Origin: an uncultured Bacteroidales bacterium
Lineage (GTDB): Bacteria; Bacteroidota; Bacteroidia; Bacteroidales; JAGOPY01
Assembly: GCA_964371595.1 (NCBI GenBank)
Contig: CAYJNJ010000005.1
Location: forward strand, 5,625-69,624
Direction: 5' to 3'
DNA length: 64,000 bases
This document shows, piece after piece, positions 34,255-43,363 of this stretch; within the stretch, counting starts at the first letter, position 1, and every line of letters begins with the position of its first letter. A program made the position numbers and the translations under genes. Under the pieces are notes generated by a model that was given only the letters and a program-made list of their open reading frames with translations, did not search any database and was not told where the DNA came from.

Positions 34255-37176
34255 CTACTTTACAATGCTCATTTTCCGGACCATCAGCCCTTTTTCAGTT
34301 TCAACGCTCAGGATGTAGATCCCGGCCGGGAGATCATTCAATTCCAGGATGAAATTATTCCCGCAATCATCCCTTCTTATCATTTCACGGCCATTCAGGT
34401 CAACAAGCTTAACCGCCCTGACATCTAAGCCTGCATTGATGAACAACTGCTCATTTGCCGGGTTTGGATAAATGCTGACATCCTTTTCCCAGGCTGCTTC
34501 ACCTAAACCGGCAGGCCCCACCTGGATAAAGGCGGTTTTGTTTTCCAAATTGGAATTCACCCCGTCGGAAACGGTAAGGCTGACATTATAGGAGCCATTA
34601 GAAGTATAAGTATGGGAAGGATTTTGCACGGTGCTTGTACCGCCGTCGCCAAAATTCCAGTTCCATGATACGATATTGCGGGTCCCGCTGAGTTGTTTTT
34701 TAACCAGCTGATCCGGAGTAAGTATTGGCATTCCACCCGGTTCTGTATTAACAATCGTGTTAATAATGTTGATCGCGCCATTGGAGCCGTTCAGGGTGCA
34801 GATATCCCAGTATAGCCCGGTCCCGGTAGTCGGCACCTGTAAGGTATGGAGCAACCCGCCTTCATTGAAGATCTGTACCACCGCGTTGGATGTAATGATA
34901 TCGGGGCTCCCCGAATAATTATAAATATAGTAGTGATACGTTCCTGTTTTCAGTTCATAAATGGTCGTGGTCTCAGGACCGAAGCTGGTCACATCATCAA
35001 TGTCGAGAATTACATAAGGCGCTGATGTTGCGGAGCCCTGGCTCTGGTAATAAATATGGTAGGTATTGCCTTCAATTTCCGGTGTCTTCATATGCGAATC
35101 CAGGTCAGTCGGCAGTTCGCCCCATGTCAGGACAAAGCGGTACTGGCCGCTCGCCAGCGTTGGCGAAAGCGAGATCTGTAATTCAAGCGAACCTCCGTCC
35201 GGGATTACAACTCCGCTGTTGGTATATCCGGTATAGCCAGTTGCAGAAGCTGTCACGGTATGGGTGCCCTCCTGCGATTGGTCGGTGAACTGAACGGCAA
35301 GCGGGGCATTCCCGGAAGTTACATTGGCATTAAAGTTTGCATTTAATACCCCTGCCGGGATATTGTTAATCACATAATTTCCGGCAGCATCAGTATAATC
35401 GCTGAGTCCTGCCACTGAAACCAGGGCATTTTCAACAGGGTTCCCGTTTACGGCATCGGTAACCATACCCGTCAGGGTTGATGTCCCACCACTACCTCCG
35501 GTGACCGTAACATAAGCATTCTTGGTTTCGGTATTGCTGTTGGTCCCATCTGAAACTGTAAGACTGACGGCAAATGAGCCACCGTAAGTGTATGTATGTG
35601 AAGGATTTTGCACGTTGCTGGTTCCACCGTCACCAAAATTCCAATCCCAGGTAACTATATCCCTTTCGGCAGGAGCCTGAGGTTTCTCTTTCTTACCCTC
35701 CGACGAAAAAAGCGACCTGCCACCGGGTTCCGAGGATGTGATCTGGTTAATGATGCTGATATTGCCATTAGAACCGTCCAGGGTGCAAATATCCCAGAAT
35801 AAGCCCTCCCCTGTAGTTGGGACCTGCAATGTATGAAGCAACCCGGTTTCATTGAATATCTGGACTACAGCTTGGGAAGTGGTAATTGCCGGGCTCTCGC
35901 TGTAATTGTAAATGAAGTAGTGATATTCCCCCGGGAAAAGGTCATAAATAGTAGTGGTTTCCGGCCCGAAGCTGGTCACATCATCAATGTCAAGGATAGC
36001 ATAGGGTGCACTGGTTGCAGAACCCTGGTCGCTATAATAAATGTGGTAAGGCTGTCCTTCAATGGATGGCGTTTTAAGATGGGAATCCAGGTCATCAGGG
36101 GTTTCTCCCCAGGTAAGGACAAAACGGTACTGGCCGGTAGCCAGGGTAGGCGACAGGGCGATATGAAGCTCAAGCGTGCCGCCGGTCGGGATAACAACCC
36201 CGCTGTTGGTATACGTTGTATACCCTGTGGCTGTAGCCGTAACCGTCTGAGTGCCTTCAGTCGAAAGGTCAGTGAACTGGACCGCTAAGGGTGCGTTTCC
36301 GCTGGTGGTATTTGAAGTGAAATTGGCATTCAATACCCCGGCAGGTATATTAGCGATCGCATAATCGCCATTCTGATCTGTAATGTCATCCAGGCCGGCA
36401 ACAGAAACAAGTGCATTTGGGATTGGCTCCCCGTTTATTGCATCGGTAACCTTGCCTGTCAGCGTTGAAGTGGCAGCGGTTTCAGAAGTCACTTCGACAT
36501 CATCTACCATAAAAATGAATGCATCATCGGAAACACACTGAATCGCCACATAAATATTCATACCGGCGTATGCAGAAAGGTCAAAATCTTTCTGTGTCCA
36601 GGTGGTGGCAGCTTCAAGATAGGTACCGGTGCTAATGATCGTAAAACTTGAAGGATTGTTGTCTGTTGTCGAAACGCCAACCTTATATCTTTCAAGTCCG
36701 TAATTGGCTGTGTAGGATTTCACCCAGAATTTCAAATGCCCATTGGTACCAAGGGCAATCTGCGGAGAAATCAACCAGTCATCGTTCGGATGCGAGATGG
36801 CAGCAAAACTGGCCGCATACCTGTAACCGCTGTGGGGTGCAAGATCCGGGTCCTCGTCAATCGGAGGTGTTGTTGCGGCGGGATTAAATATGATATAAGC
36901 AAATGGTTCACCGGAATGAAGGAAAGTATATCCGTCAATGCCGTAAGTAGTAAATCCATCAACATCATTGGTCGACCATGGCGCACAGGTGAGGCTGAAA
37001 TCGGTATAGCCTTCAAAGTCCTGAAGAAGTGTAGATCTGACGATTGTTGCGGCAGACGGGTCTGCGGTTTCATGATGTGCAGGTGCAGGCACGTTTTCCG
37101 GAATAATACGTTTCAACTGGGCATTGGTTAGTGTTACGACCAGTACAAGAGCAGCGAGAAGTAGCAAGCGTTTCAT
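34255..37176 (-). CDS. Large secreted protein with a T9SS type-A sorting domain, an N-terminal choice-of-anchor-J-like domain and a duplicated about 330-aa module (CarboxypepD_reg + LTWGE..DLDSH module + PKD)
   Basis: Signal peptide. Two near-identical module copies. PKD (WNFGDGGTS..NPSHTYT). C-terminus VSIYPNPANEQLFI...GIYILSVETEKGLMVRKMSIVK. Confidence 0.8.
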   Translation of the reverse strand: MKRLLLLAALVLVVTLTNAQLKRIIPENVPAPAHHETADPSAATIVRSTLLQDFEGYTDFSLTCAPWSTNDVDGFTTYGIDGYTFLHSGEPFAYIIFNPAATTPPIDEDPDLAPHSGYRYAASFAAISHPNDDWLISPQIALGTNGHLKFWVKSYTANYGLERYKVGVSTTDNNPSSFTIISTGTYLEAATTWTQKDFDLSAYAGMNIYVAIQCVSDDAFIFMVDDVEVTSETAATSTLTGKVTDAINGEPIPNALVSVAGLDDITDQNGDYAIANIPAGVLNANFTSNTTSGNAPLAVQFTDLSTEGTQTVTATATGYTTYTNSGVVIPTGGTLELHIALSPTLATGQYRFVLTWGETPDDLDSHLKTPSIEGQPYHIYYSDQGSATSAPYAILDIDDVTSFGPETTTIYDLFPGEYHYFIYNYSESPAITTSQAVVQIFNETGLLHTLQVPTTGEGLFWDICTLDGSNGNISIINQITSSEPGGRSLFSSEGKKEKPQAPAERDIVTWDWNFGDGGTSNVQNPSHTYTYGGSFAVSLTVSDGTNSNTETKNAYVTVTGGSGGTSTLTGMVTDAVNGNPVENALVSVAGLSDYTDAAGNYVINNIPAGVLNANFNANVTSGNAPLAVQFTDQSQEGTHTVTASATGYTGYTNSGVVIPDGGSLELQISLSPTLASGQYRFVLTWGELPTDLDSHMKTPEIEGNTYHIYYQSQGSATSAPYVILDIDDVTSFGPETTTIYELKTGTYHYYIYNYSGSPDIITSNAVVQIFNEGGLLHTLQVPTTGTGLYWDICTLNGSNGAINIINTIVNTEPGGMPILTPDQLVKKQLSGTRNIVSWNWNFGDGGTSTVQNPSHTYTSNGSYNVSLTVSDGVNSNLENKTAFIQVGPAGLGEAAWEKDVSIYPNPANEQLFINAGLDVRAVKLVDLNGREMIRRDDCGNNFILELNDLPAGIYILSVETEKGLMVRKMSIVK

Positions 37177-37328
37177 CTATTATTAAATTAAGCGGTTAAT
37201 AATGTATTTATCGTCCATCAAAATTACAAATCAATATGAATATTTCAAGCAAAACGTATTATAGATGATAAAACTCCGTTAAGATTTAATGGAATTGCGT
37301 TAACAGTGCGGCAATGCACTATAATTTT

Positions 37329-37336
37329 TACCTTTG
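37329..37336 (+). promoter_or_regulatory. -7 box TAccTTTG upstream of ugd
   Basis: TAnnTTTG match 30 nt before the ATG at 37366. Confidence 0.5.
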
Positions 37337-37365
37337 TCCGGTGTTAAATAACTCATTATTATATT

Positions 37366-38679
37366 ATGAAAATTACGGTTGTAGGTACTGGTTATGTCGG
37401 ATTGGTCTCAGGGGCATGTTTTGCAGAAGTAGGGATCGATGTAACCTGTGTGGATATTGATAAAAAAAAGATTGAAAACCTGAAGAACGGGATCATTCCA
37501 ATTTATGAACCCGGATTGGAAAATATCGTGGAAAAAAATGTTGCCAAAGGCAGGCTTCATTTTTCCACGAACCTTGCTGAAACGCTTCCCGGTTGTGAGG
37601 TACTTTTCAGTGCTGTAGGGACCCCTCCCGATGAAGACGGCAGCGCCGATCTTTCCTATGTTTTGGGGGTGGCCAGGGAAGTCGGCCAGCACATGAATGA
37701 CTATATATTGATGGTCACTAAAAGTACAGTACCGGTTGGTACTGCCAAACTTGTCAGGCAGGCAATACAGGAGGAACTGGATAAAAGGGGCCTTAGCCTT
37801 ACTTTTGACGTGGCTTCCAATCCTGAATTCCTGAAAGAGGGTGCCGCAGTAGATGATTTCCTGAAACCGGACAGGATCGTTGTCGGCATTGAATCACAAA
37901 AGGCCGAAGACCTGATGAGCCGGTTATATAAACCTTTTACGCTGAATGGCCACCCGGTCATTTTCATGGATATCCCATCGGCCGAGATGACCAAGTACGC
38001 AGCTAATGCGATGCTGGCAACCCGTATCAGTTTTATGAACGATATTGCAAATCTCTGCGAGATCATGGGAGCCAATGTCAATATGGTCAGGAAAGGCATT
38101 GGCAGCGACCCCAGGATCGGCCCCAAATTCATCTATCCCGGCATTGGCTATGGCGGTTCATGTTTTCCAAAAGATGTGAAAGCACTGATCCATACTGCCC
38201 AGCAGAATAATTATCCGTTAAGGGTGCTCAAAGCCGTTGAAGATGTGAACGACGACCAGAAAGCCGTGCTTTTCAATAAGGTAAAAAAGTATTTTAAAGG
38301 AAATATCAGTGGAAAGACCATTGCTCTCTGGGGACTATCCTTCAAGCCTGAAACCGATGATATGCGCGAAGCACCGGCATTGGTCCTTATTGATAATTTC
38401 TTAAAGGCCGGCTGTAAAGTCAAAGCCTATGACCCGGAAGCCATGAAGGAGACAAAACGAAGGATCGGCGAGATCATTGAATATTCAGAGGATCCGTATG
38501 ACGCCATTGACGGTGCCGATTGCCTTTTATTGGTAACAGAATGGAAAGAATTCAGGGTGCCTGATTTCGACCGGATGAAAAAATTGTTGAAAAATCACGT
38601 TATATTTGATGGAAGAAATATTTATGACCCGCAGGAAATATTGTCCGCCGGGTTTGAATATTTTGGGATAGGGTTATAA
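37366..38679 (+). CDS. ugd: UDP-glucose 6-dehydrogenase
   Basis: VVGTGYVGLVSGACFAEVG Rossmann motif and catalytic Cys motif GGSCFPKD. Confidence 0.9.
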   Translation: MKITVVGTGYVGLVSGACFAEVGIDVTCVDIDKKKIENLKNGIIPIYEPGLENIVEKNVAKGRLHFSTNLAETLPGCEVLFSAVGTPPDEDGSADLSYVLGVAREVGQHMNDYILMVTKSTVPVGTAKLVRQAIQEELDKRGLSLTFDVASNPEFLKEGAAVDDFLKPDRIVVGIESQKAEDLMSRLYKPFTLNGHPVIFMDIPSAEMTKYAANAMLATRISFMNDIANLCEIMGANVNMVRKGIGSDPRIGPKFIYPGIGYGGSCFPKDVKALIHTAQQNNYPLRVLKAVEDVNDDQKAVLFNKVKKYFKGNISGKTIALWGLSFKPETDDMREAPALVLIDNFLKAGCKVKAYDPEAMKETKRRIGEIIEYSEDPYDAIDGADCLLLVTEWKEFRVPDFDRMKKLLKNHVIFDGRNIYDPQEILSAGFEYFGIGL

Positions 38680-38700
38680 GCCATAAGCTACAAGCCGCAA

Positions 38701-38743
38701 CCTCACCCCCTGGCCCCCTCTCCAGGCGGAGAGGGGGAAAAGG
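38701..38743 (+). repeat. GC-rich stem-loop element, copy 3
   Basis: cctcaccccctggccccctctccaggcggagagggggaaaagg, 21 nt after the ugd stop. Confidence 0.85.
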
Positions 38744-38805
38744 TTTGAAGTTTGGAATTTATTTGGGATTTGGTGCTTGGGATTTTTTTGGGATTTGGTG
38801 CTTGG
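38742..38805. repeat. GGAATTT / GGGATTTGGTGCTTGG word array
   Basis: ggtttgaagtttggaatttatttgggatttggtgcttgggatttttttgggatttggtgcttgg. Confidence 0.8.
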
Positions 38806-38821
38806 TCCGCCAGCTGGCGGA
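38806..38821. repeat. Palindrome TCCGCCAGCTGGCGGA (copy 3 of 3)
   Basis: Exact match. Confidence 0.9.
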
Positions 38822-38840
38822 TGGAATTTAAATCAGTGGT

Positions 38841-39776
38841 ATGCGTAAACGAATATTAGTAACCGGCGGTGCAGGTTTCCTTGGGTCTCATCTCGTTGAG
38901 AGATTACTGCATGAAGGCAATGATGTAATTTGCCTGGATAATTATTTTACCGGCGCCAAGCAAAATATTGCCCATCTTATTGGAAATCCGTATTTCGAAG
39001 TGGTCCGGCATGATATTACAATGCCTTTTTTTATTGAGGTCGATGAGATTTACAACCTGGCATGCCCGGCTTCTCCAATCCATTACCAGTACAATCCTAT
39101 CAAAACGATCAAAACTTCCGTAATGGGGGCAGTAAATATGCTTGGACTGGCCAAACGGACAAAGGCAAAGATCCTGCAGGCATCTACTTCTGAAGTTTAC
39201 GGAGACCCGGAAATCCATCCCCAGACCGAATCATACTGGGGGCATGTCAATCCGATCGGTTCGAGGTCTTGCTATGATGAAGGCAAGCGCTGCGCCGAAT
39301 CCCTCTTCATGAATTATCACCTTCAAAACAAGGTGCGCATTAAGATCATGCGAATTTTTAACACCTATGGGCCGAGGATGCACCCGAACGACGGGCGGGT
39401 CGTATCCAATTTTATTGTCCAGGCGCTGAAAAATGAAGATATTACGATATATGGCGAAGGCTCGCAAACCCGCAGTTTTTGTTATGTGGATGACCTCCTT
39501 GAAGGAATGGTAAGGTTGATGAATACCGGGGATGAATTTACCGGGCCGGTCAATGTCGGCAACCCCGGGGAATTTACTATTCTGGAACTGGCTGAAAAAG
39601 TGATCCACCTGACCGGATCAAGATCGAAGCTGGTCTTCATGCCCCTTCCGGAAGACGACCCGATGCAGCGCCAGCCGGATATCACCTTGGCCAAAAATGT
39701 CCTGGGCTGGGAACCAAAAATATCGCTCGACGAAGGCCTTGTGAAAACCATAGCCTACTTCAAATCAGTGATCTAA
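38841..39776 (+). CDS. UDP-glucuronate decarboxylase (UDP-xylose synthase)
   Basis: [35 protein letters not shown] (YxxxK). Length 311 aa. Confidence 0.9.
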   Translation: MRKRILVTGGAGFLGSHLVERLLHEGNDVICLDNYFTGAKQNIAHLIGNPYFEVVRHDITMPFFIEVDEIYNLACPASPIHYQYNPIKTIKTSVMGAVNMLGLAKRTKAKILQASTSEVYGDPEIHPQTESYWGHVNPIGSRSCYDEGKRCAESLFMNYHLQNKVRIKIMRIFNTYGPRMHPNDGRVVSNFIVQALKNEDITIYGEGSQTRSFCYVDDLLEGMVRLMNTGDEFTGPVNVGNPGEFTILELAEKVIHLTGSRSKLVFMPLPEDDPMQRQPDITLAKNVLGWEPKISLDEGLVKTIAYFKSVI

Positions 39777-39788
39777 GCCTTTTTCCCG

Positions 39789-40652
39789 ATGTTGAACATA
39801 CTCATAACCGGAAGTAATGGACAGCTTGGCTCCGAACTAAGGGAAGCATCGGTCTCCTACCCTTATTTCCGTTTCTTTTTTACCGATATTGATGAGCTTG
39901 ACATTACTGACCAGGCAAAAGTGGATGATTATTTCAGGGAGAACAATATCGATCTGGTGATAAATTGTGCAGCTTATACCGCCGTTGATAAAGCCGAGCA
40001 GGAACCCGAAAAGGCAATGCTTATCAACCGGGATGCTGTGGCAAACCTTTGTGCCGCTTGCAAAGCACATGAAGCCTACATGATCCATATATCCACGGAT
40101 TATGTATTTGACGGGCGGAATAACAGGCCATATACCGAATCTGATCCGGTATCCCCTGAATCCTCCTATGGCCGGTCAAAAGCTGCCGGTGAAGATGCGG
40201 TGCTTTCCTGCCTTACAAAAGGGATGATCATCCGGACATCCTGGCTTTATTCTGCTTATGGCAATAATTTCGTCAAAACTATCCTGAAAAAAGGAGCGGA
40301 AAAAGGTGAATTAGGCGTGGTTAACGACCAGCATGGCTGCCCAACTTATGCCCGCGACCTGGCAATGACTATTCTGGAGATTATTCCAAAAGCGGTTTCA
40401 CTGCAACAAATTGATATTTATAATTATTCAAACGAGGGCCGATGCACCTGGTTCGAATTTGCAAGTGAGGCTGTGGAACTTGCCGGAATAACATGCAAAG
40501 TACTGCCCGTCACCTCCGACAAGTACCCGCAGCTCGCCCAAAGACCGCAATACAGCATCCTTGATAAGTCAAAAATAAAACAGCAGTTTGGAATAACGAT
40601 TCCGCACTGGAAAGAAAGCCTGGCGGATTGCATCAGGAAATTGAATATATAG
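39789..40652 (+). CDS. rfbD: dTDP-4-dehydrorhamnose reductase
   Basis: ILITGSNGQLG, STDYVFDG, YGRSKAAGE. 287 aa. Confidence 0.85.
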   Translation: MLNILITGSNGQLGSELREASVSYPYFRFFFTDIDELDITDQAKVDDYFRENNIDLVINCAAYTAVDKAEQEPEKAMLINRDAVANLCAACKAHEAYMIHISTDYVFDGRNNRPYTESDPVSPESSYGRSKAAGEDAVLSCLTKGMIIRTSWLYSAYGNNFVKTILKKGAEKGELGVVNDQHGCPTYARDLAMTILEIIPKAVSLQQIDIYNYSNEGRCTWFEFASEAVELAGITCKVLPVTSDKYPQLAQRPQYSILDKSKIKQQFGITIPHWKESLADCIRKLNI

Positions 40653-40653
40653 G

Positions 40654-40694
40654 CCTCACCCCCTAACCCCCTCTCCAAATGGAGAGGGGGAAAG
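40654..40694 (+). repeat. GC-rich stem-loop element, copy 4
   Basis: cctcaccccctaaccccctctccaaatggagagggggaaag, 1 nt after the rfbD stop. Confidence 0.85.
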
Positions 40695-40708
40695 CGGTAG
40701 AATAAATC

Positions 40709-40781
40709 AAGTCCCTTAAGGGACGACAGTATGGTAGGAAATGTCAGAATTCAATAACAAAAAGTCCCGTAGGGACGACAG
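40709..40781 (+). repeat. Two copies of a hairpin repeat AAGTCCC-(TTAA/GTA)-GGGACGACAG
   Basis: Copies at 40709-40729 and 40762-40781. Confidence 0.8.
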
Positions 40782-40788
40782 AACAGTT

Positions 40789-42522
40789 ATGATAGAACAA
40801 AAAATCTTAGAAAGAGCACAAATCTGGCTAGGTGAAAATTTCGATGAAGAAACCCGCCGGCAGGTTAAGGAAATGATTGAAAACAATCCCCAGGAAGTCG
40901 TGGAATCCTTTTACCAGGACCTTGAATTCGGGACCGGGGGATTGCGGGGTATTATGGGAGTTGGGACCAACCGTATGAATAAATACACGGTCGGAATGGC
41001 TACCCAGGGACTGGCAAATTACCTTAAGAAGATCTTTCCGGGGCAAAAGCGGATTAAAGTCGCCATAGCTTACGACTGCAGGAACAACAGCCCTTATTTT
41101 GCCCAGGTCACTGCTGATGTTTTTTCCGCAAATGGTATTTATGTATATCTTTTCAGTGCCCTCAGGCCAACGCCTGAGCTGTCTTTTGCTATTCGCGAGC
41201 TTGGCTGCCAGAGCGGGATTGTGATCACTGCCTCTCATAACCCAAAAGAGTACAACGGGTATAAAGCTTACTGGGAAGACGGAAGCCAGTTGATCCCTCC
41301 CCATGATAAAAATGTAATTGCCGAAGTCCAGAAAATCACTTCTGTTTCCGAAGTGAAATTCATGGGTGTAAAAGAGAATATTGAAATTATCGGGGAAGAA
41401 TTCGACAGGATCTACCTGGATAAAGTACTTGGTTTGTCGCTGTCACCAGAAGCAATAATGCAGCACAAAAACATGAAGATCGTATATACCCCGCTTCATG
41501 GAACCGGAGGCGTTCTTGTGCCAGCCGCTTTGAAAAAATACGGCTTTGAAAATATTACCGTTGTTGCTGAGCAGGCTATATACAGCGGTGATTTCCCCAC
41601 AGTAAAATCTCCAAATCCCGAAGAACCTGCGGCTCTTGAAATGGCAATCAAATTAGCGGAAAAATCCGGCGCCGACCTCGTCATGGCTACAGATCCTGAT
41701 GCCGATCGCGTCGGAATTGCCGTCATGGACCTGGAAGCTAACTTCATTTTGTTAAATGGCAATCAAACAGCTTCCCTCCTCACCTATTATCTTCTTTATA
41801 AATGGCAGGAAAACAATAAATTAACCGGAAAAGAATTCATAGTCAAAACCATTGTCACCTCAGAAATCCTGAAAGATATCGCCGATAAATTCAATGTGGA
41901 ATGTTATGACGTCCTTACCGGGTTTAAATGGATAGCTGAAGTCATCAGGTTAAACGAAGGGAAAAAGACCTTCATTGGAGGGGGTGAAGAAAGCTATGGC
42001 TTTATGACCGGGGATTTTGTAAGGGACAAAGATGCTGTCAGTTCCTGTGCGCTCTTTGCAGAAACAGCAGCCTGGGCAGCTACGAAAGGAAAGTCGCTCT
42101 ATGAACTTCTTATCGACATTTACCTTGAATTCGGGCTTTATAAAGAATCGCTGATCTCGGTAACTAAAAAAGGCAAGTCAGGTAGCGAGGAGATAAAGAA
42201 GATGATGGAAGTTTACCGCAGCACGCCTCCAGCCACGATTAACGGTTCGCGGGTTGTAATGATCAAAGATTACCAGTCCCTTGTGTCAAAAGATATGACA
42301 AAAGGTAAAACTTCCCCGATCGAACTTCCCAAATCCAATGTCCTCCAGTTTTTCCTTGAAGACGGCAGCAAGATCAGTGTACGGCCCAGTGGTACCGAGC
42401 CCAAGATCAAGTTTTACTTCGGGGTGAAGCAAATCCTTGCCAGCCGGGCGGATTTCGGCAAAGTAGACGGAATGCTGAATGAAAGGATTAAGGCGATTAT
42501 CCGTGATATGCACCTTGATTAG
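40789..42522 (+). CDS. Phosphoglucomutase / phosphomannomutase family (phospho-sugar mutase)
   Basis: Active-site loop TASHNPKEYNGYK and GGEESYG. I chose the start at 40789 (MIEQKILERAQ). The earlier ATG at 40741 lies within the hairpin repeats. Confidence 0.85.
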   Translation: MIEQKILERAQIWLGENFDEETRRQVKEMIENNPQEVVESFYQDLEFGTGGLRGIMGVGTNRMNKYTVGMATQGLANYLKKIFPGQKRIKVAIAYDCRNNSPYFAQVTADVFSANGIYVYLFSALRPTPELSFAIRELGCQSGIVITASHNPKEYNGYKAYWEDGSQLIPPHDKNVIAEVQKITSVSEVKFMGVKENIEIIGEEFDRIYLDKVLGLSLSPEAIMQHKNMKIVYTPLHGTGGVLVPAALKKYGFENITVVAEQAIYSGDFPTVKSPNPEEPAALEMAIKLAEKSGADLVMATDPDADRVGIAVMDLEANFILLNGNQTASLLTYYLLYKWQENNKLTGKEFIVKTIVTSEILKDIADKFNVECYDVLTGFKWIAEVIRLNEGKKTFIGGGEESYGFMTGDFVRDKDAVSSCALFAETAAWAATKGKSLYELLIDIYLEFGLYKESLISVTKKGKSGSEEIKKMMEVYRSTPPATINGSRVVMIKDYQSLVSKDMTKGKTSPIELPKSNVLQFFLEDGSKISVRPSGTEPKIKFYFGVKQILASRADFGKVDGMLNERIKAIIRDMHLD

Positions 42523-42534
42523 ATTACTGCCCAA

Positions 42535-43077
42535 CTACTTCGCCATTGCCGCATTGATCGGCACCCTGTCGACGTAATGCACTACCCTGTCAATTTTATC
42601 ACTGGCATCAAAGTGAAAGTCCAGATGCATCCACTGGACCATCCTTTTACCGGTGGTTTTATATTTGGCATTTACCTGGTACCAGGCCAATAACCAGACC
42701 CCGGGAGCTTCAACACTTTGCGGCTGGTTTACTTTTACCGGCAACCAGATCTCATTGCTGAATAAAAGGGAATCAAGGAATTCTGTCCTTCTTTTCGTCC
42801 AGTACTCTGAAATTGCAGCTTTCCCGGCAAGGCTGTCACCGTTGTTAAACTGATAAACTGCATTATCGGAATATGCAGAAAGATAACCGGCCATATCACC
42901 GGCAGATAAAGAAGCTATCATCTTTTTGCCGATTTCTGCATATTTCATGTCTGCAAATTCTGCCGGTTGGGGTTTAACTTCAACTGCTGAAGGTTCATTT
43001 TTTTTCTCATGTTTAATTTCAGTTGTGCATGCAACAAATAAACTGACGGATATTGCCAGTAACATTAATTTTTTCAT
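42535..43077 (-). CDS. Lipoprotein, possibly SnoaL/NTF2-like fold
   Basis: Lipobox LFVAC. Size and pattern are compatible with an NTF2-like domain, but no diagnostic motif. Confidence 0.45.
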   Translation of the reverse strand: MKKLMLLAISVSLFVACTTEIKHEKKNEPSAVEVKPQPAEFADMKYAEIGKKMIASLSAGDMAGYLSAYSDNAVYQFNNGDSLAGKAAISEYWTKRRTEFLDSLLFSNEIWLPVKVNQPQSVEAPGVWLLAWYQVNAKYKTTGKRMVQWMHLDFHFDASDKIDRVVHYVDRVPINAAMAK

Positions 43078-43363
43078 GATGGTATGTTTAATTGGTTTAA
43101 AGACTTGCTTGAATTGAATAAATTTGAATATTAAACAACATTGGAGGGATAAAGTTATTATACAAAATATTGTTTTTCAGAAATTTATGAAATATTTAAC
43201 AATTATATTATACAGGGGTTGGTATTAAAAGAGTTGATAACGGGCAAAACCATGAAAGGGGTTTTTTATAAGAGAAATCTTAATTTAACAACAATTTAAC
43301 AAGATAGAGAGCAGCATGAAGTACTTTTATAGTGCACTTTTTTGCATATAATATGATCTTCAT

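Noticed and set aside
43078-43363. Known NO-responsive operator (NsrR, FNR/HcpR-type) upstream of norB
   Set aside because: I found no convincing match to the operator consensus sequences I know. Only a short AT-rich palindrome at the start codon is present, and that could arise by chance in AT-rich DNA.
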